64,000 bases of DNA from Amoebidium appalachense. Lineage: Eukaryota; Protista; Ichthyosporea. The stretch lies in contig CAVNZM010000017.1 of the NCBI GenBank assembly GCA_963693365.1, positions 5,198,708-5,262,707 on the forward strand, read 5' to 3'. Below the pieces are notes generated by a model that worked only from the letters and a program-made list of their open reading frames with translations, ran no database searches and was not told where the DNA came from. Made by a program: the position numbers and the translations under genes. Below, piece after piece: positions 61,863 to 64,000 of this stretch. The first letter of the stretch is position 1; each line of letters starts with the position of its first letter.

Positions 61863-62168
61863 TGTCGAACAGGATAGCCATCCGGTATGCCCTGCGTTAG
61901 CGTAGCACTAGTGATCGGGAATATTCGAGATATTCGGGATAAACTGGTGGATAGGTTCACGATAGATCAGGATAGATCTAGAGGAGTCTAGAAGATTCTG
62001 TTGGAGTGTTCTGATTGGTAGCGACTAGATCCATAGCGGCGGGTAGACCAATCGGGAATAGTATGTAACATTCCAGTGAGCCAGACCACAAGTATATAAA
62101 GGTCCCGGTGGGCCAGTCAATGTAAGTCAGCAAATAATAAAGTCTCACAGAGAAACCTCTAAGTTACA
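61863..62168 (+). repeat. 3' LTR of copia element
   Basis: Direct repeat of the 5' LTR, ending in CA and followed by the TSD CCAGA. Confidence 0.95.
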
Positions 62169-62587
62169 CCAGACACAGGGCTGGCGATCTGTTTCTGTCA
62201 CTGTGTCACATTCCAATTTGCCGATGTCACAATGATACGGCAGTATCAGAAAAACTCTATGTATGGGGTAGCAAGACACAAAATCGATTTGCATACTACC
62301 GTTGTAGAGCTACCTGATTGGTTAAAATTGAAAACGTATGAACCAATCAAAATCTCTTTTTGGCGGGAAAATTCGTGATATCACGATTCACATCGCAGGC
62401 CGCGCGCAGGCATCGTCATGAATATATGTGGTTGAGCACACTCGCCACACAGTGTGTATATGTATATACGGGCCGTTCCAGTTTCTGAGTTTTCGCTCTT
62501 ATTCCTGTTTCTGTTTTCCCACATGTCTCATTGAAATGCTAGCTCATTTGCACGCGCCATGTCGTTTGCAAGCGCTCTTACATCTTA

Positions 62588-63543
62588 GGGCCTGTTTGGC
62601 AACGCGGATCAACGGTTAGCGGCCACACTCCGGAGTAAGATCGATTTTGGAGTTAGGGCTAAAGCGGAATTTCTGAAATCCGCGGATGCCAAACAGATGG
62701 CCCAATCTGGCCTGTGTACGCCGGGTTTCAAACCCCTTGGACATCGCTTGTACTCCAATTTCTATAATCCACCTCCGGAGGTCGATTATGCGCGAAATGT
62801 TCAACGCCATGTGAAAGTCTAAACCAATGAAAATTCATGTCGTGAGACCTTTTACATTTCTCTCTCGGCCAATTGTCGGCAGTGCAATATAGCCAAACAA
62901 AGTTAAAGTGGAAAAGGCGCCAAACGGAAAGTTCGTTGTCACCGGCATGGCCAGCTTGCTGGTGAGCCTGTGACAGCCCGAGCGCAGGCTGCGACACAGC
63001 CACACACAGCCGGCCACGTGTGGTAGGTCGTATAAAAACAAGCCCCCCCTCAACTATTCTTCCTCTTCGCGGCCAACTTGTAGGCAACTTTTTTTTACCA
63101 TTAGACAATCTTTTGCACATCGGTCAAGATTCTGAACCGACAAGTGCCTGTAGGGGGAAGCAAAGAATGCAATTGCTGCAATTGCGGCCGAAAGGGCCAT
63201 GTTTCGTGCTAAATACATAGTGGTTTTGCAACCGGAAAAGTTGTTGTTGTTATATACATCACAGTGTATACAAATACATACATACGGGACACTGCACAGT
63301 CACTACAAAAAAAATAGTACTGAGTCCTAGGTACGATATACGTGCAAAGTATGCGCACTCCGATCAACGTAAAACTTGCGCAATGTGACTTGGTAAACTA
63401 AGCTGAAAAAAGTGTTGTCTGTTTGGCACGAGCGGTTATCTACGCCAGGTTCCGGATTACAAGTCAGAATCTGGATACTGATTTGATACCCGGCGTATAC
63501 GGTCTACGCCGGAGTTCGTAACTCCGCGTTGCCAAACAGGCCC
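62588..63543. mobile_element. PIF/Harbinger (Tourist-like) non-autonomous element
   Basis: Perfect 21-bp TIR GGGCCTGTTTGGCAACGCGGA / TCCGCGTTGCCAAACAGGCCC with TTA on both sides. No coding capacity. Confidence 0.9.
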
Positions 63544-63809
63544 TTACGAAAGTGCACTTCGTCACCGTCGTCGGCTGCTGCGCGTGCCACGCTTCAATGA
63601 TTCACCGTGGCTCGTGTTTTCTTTGCTTCCGCCGCCCAGAAAAGTGGCTTAGTGGATCTTCTCTTTCCTGCTTTTCCTTAGCGTTTCAATTTTTTTGTAA
63701 CCGAGAGTTGTGTGTTGTTTTCAACGGTAATGTTTTTTTTTTGGAATTGGAATGAGTGATTTGTAGCGATTGGCTGAAACAGCACCATGGGCCATGGCTC
63801 CATGGGGGG

Positions 63810-63948
63810 GGAATGCGGAATACAGTACGAAGTAGATACACGATGAGAAGCATAGTGCAGGACCAATGCAAAGGCAAACATTCAAGTATGTAATATAAGC
63901 AATGCGCACAGTATGCGTCATAAGCAGAGCCCATCCTTGGGGGGGGGC
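63810..63948 (-). mobile_element. 5'-truncated copy of the structured repeat
   Basis: Close match to 2436-2550: GAATGCGGAA, GCAAACATTCAAGTATG, CAGTATGCGTCATAAGCAGAGCCCATCCT. Confidence 0.7.
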
Positions 63949-64000
63949 CAGAGGGGCTTCTTAGGCATTAAGGCAAATGTGCATGTTTTCTTCTTTAATT

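Larger units (their letters stand above)
58600..62168 (+). mobile_element. Ty1/copia LTR retrotransposon, internally deleted (no RT)
   Basis: ~306-bp LTRs at 58600-58905 and 61863-62168 with TG...CA outer ends. 5-bp TSD CCAGA at 58595-58599 and 62169-62173. PBS-like GGTTACGGACCCAG after the 5' LTR and purine tract AAGTGGGGG before the 3' LTR. Confidence 0.96.

Overview
Eukaryotic genomic DNA, not prokaryotic. The gene set suggests an opisthokont, perhaps a unicellular holozoan (inference). Introns and spacers are packed with (CA/GT)n, (CT/GA)n and poly-C/G tracts, which produce most of the listed ORFs as artefacts. Reading the splice sites by hand gives four multi-exon genes: SECIS-binding protein 2 (minus, 3' end outside the window), a Con7-like single C2H2 zinc-finger factor (plus), COP9 signalosome subunit 6 (minus) and LAMTOR1 (plus, head-to-head with COPS6). 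There are also two intronless genes: a DEP-domain protein and an unknown membrane protein. Mobile DNA includes a young Ty1/copia element with near-identical LTRs and a TSD but no reverse transcriptase, three clear MITEs, Helitron-like ends and a 41-bp minisatellite. The most unusual signal is a ~265-nt dispersed repeat (2 full and 4 truncated copies, all in one orientation). Its minus-strand RNA shows compensatory base pairing and carries all the hammerhead core nucleotides, in a non-canonical, pseudoknotted strand order.
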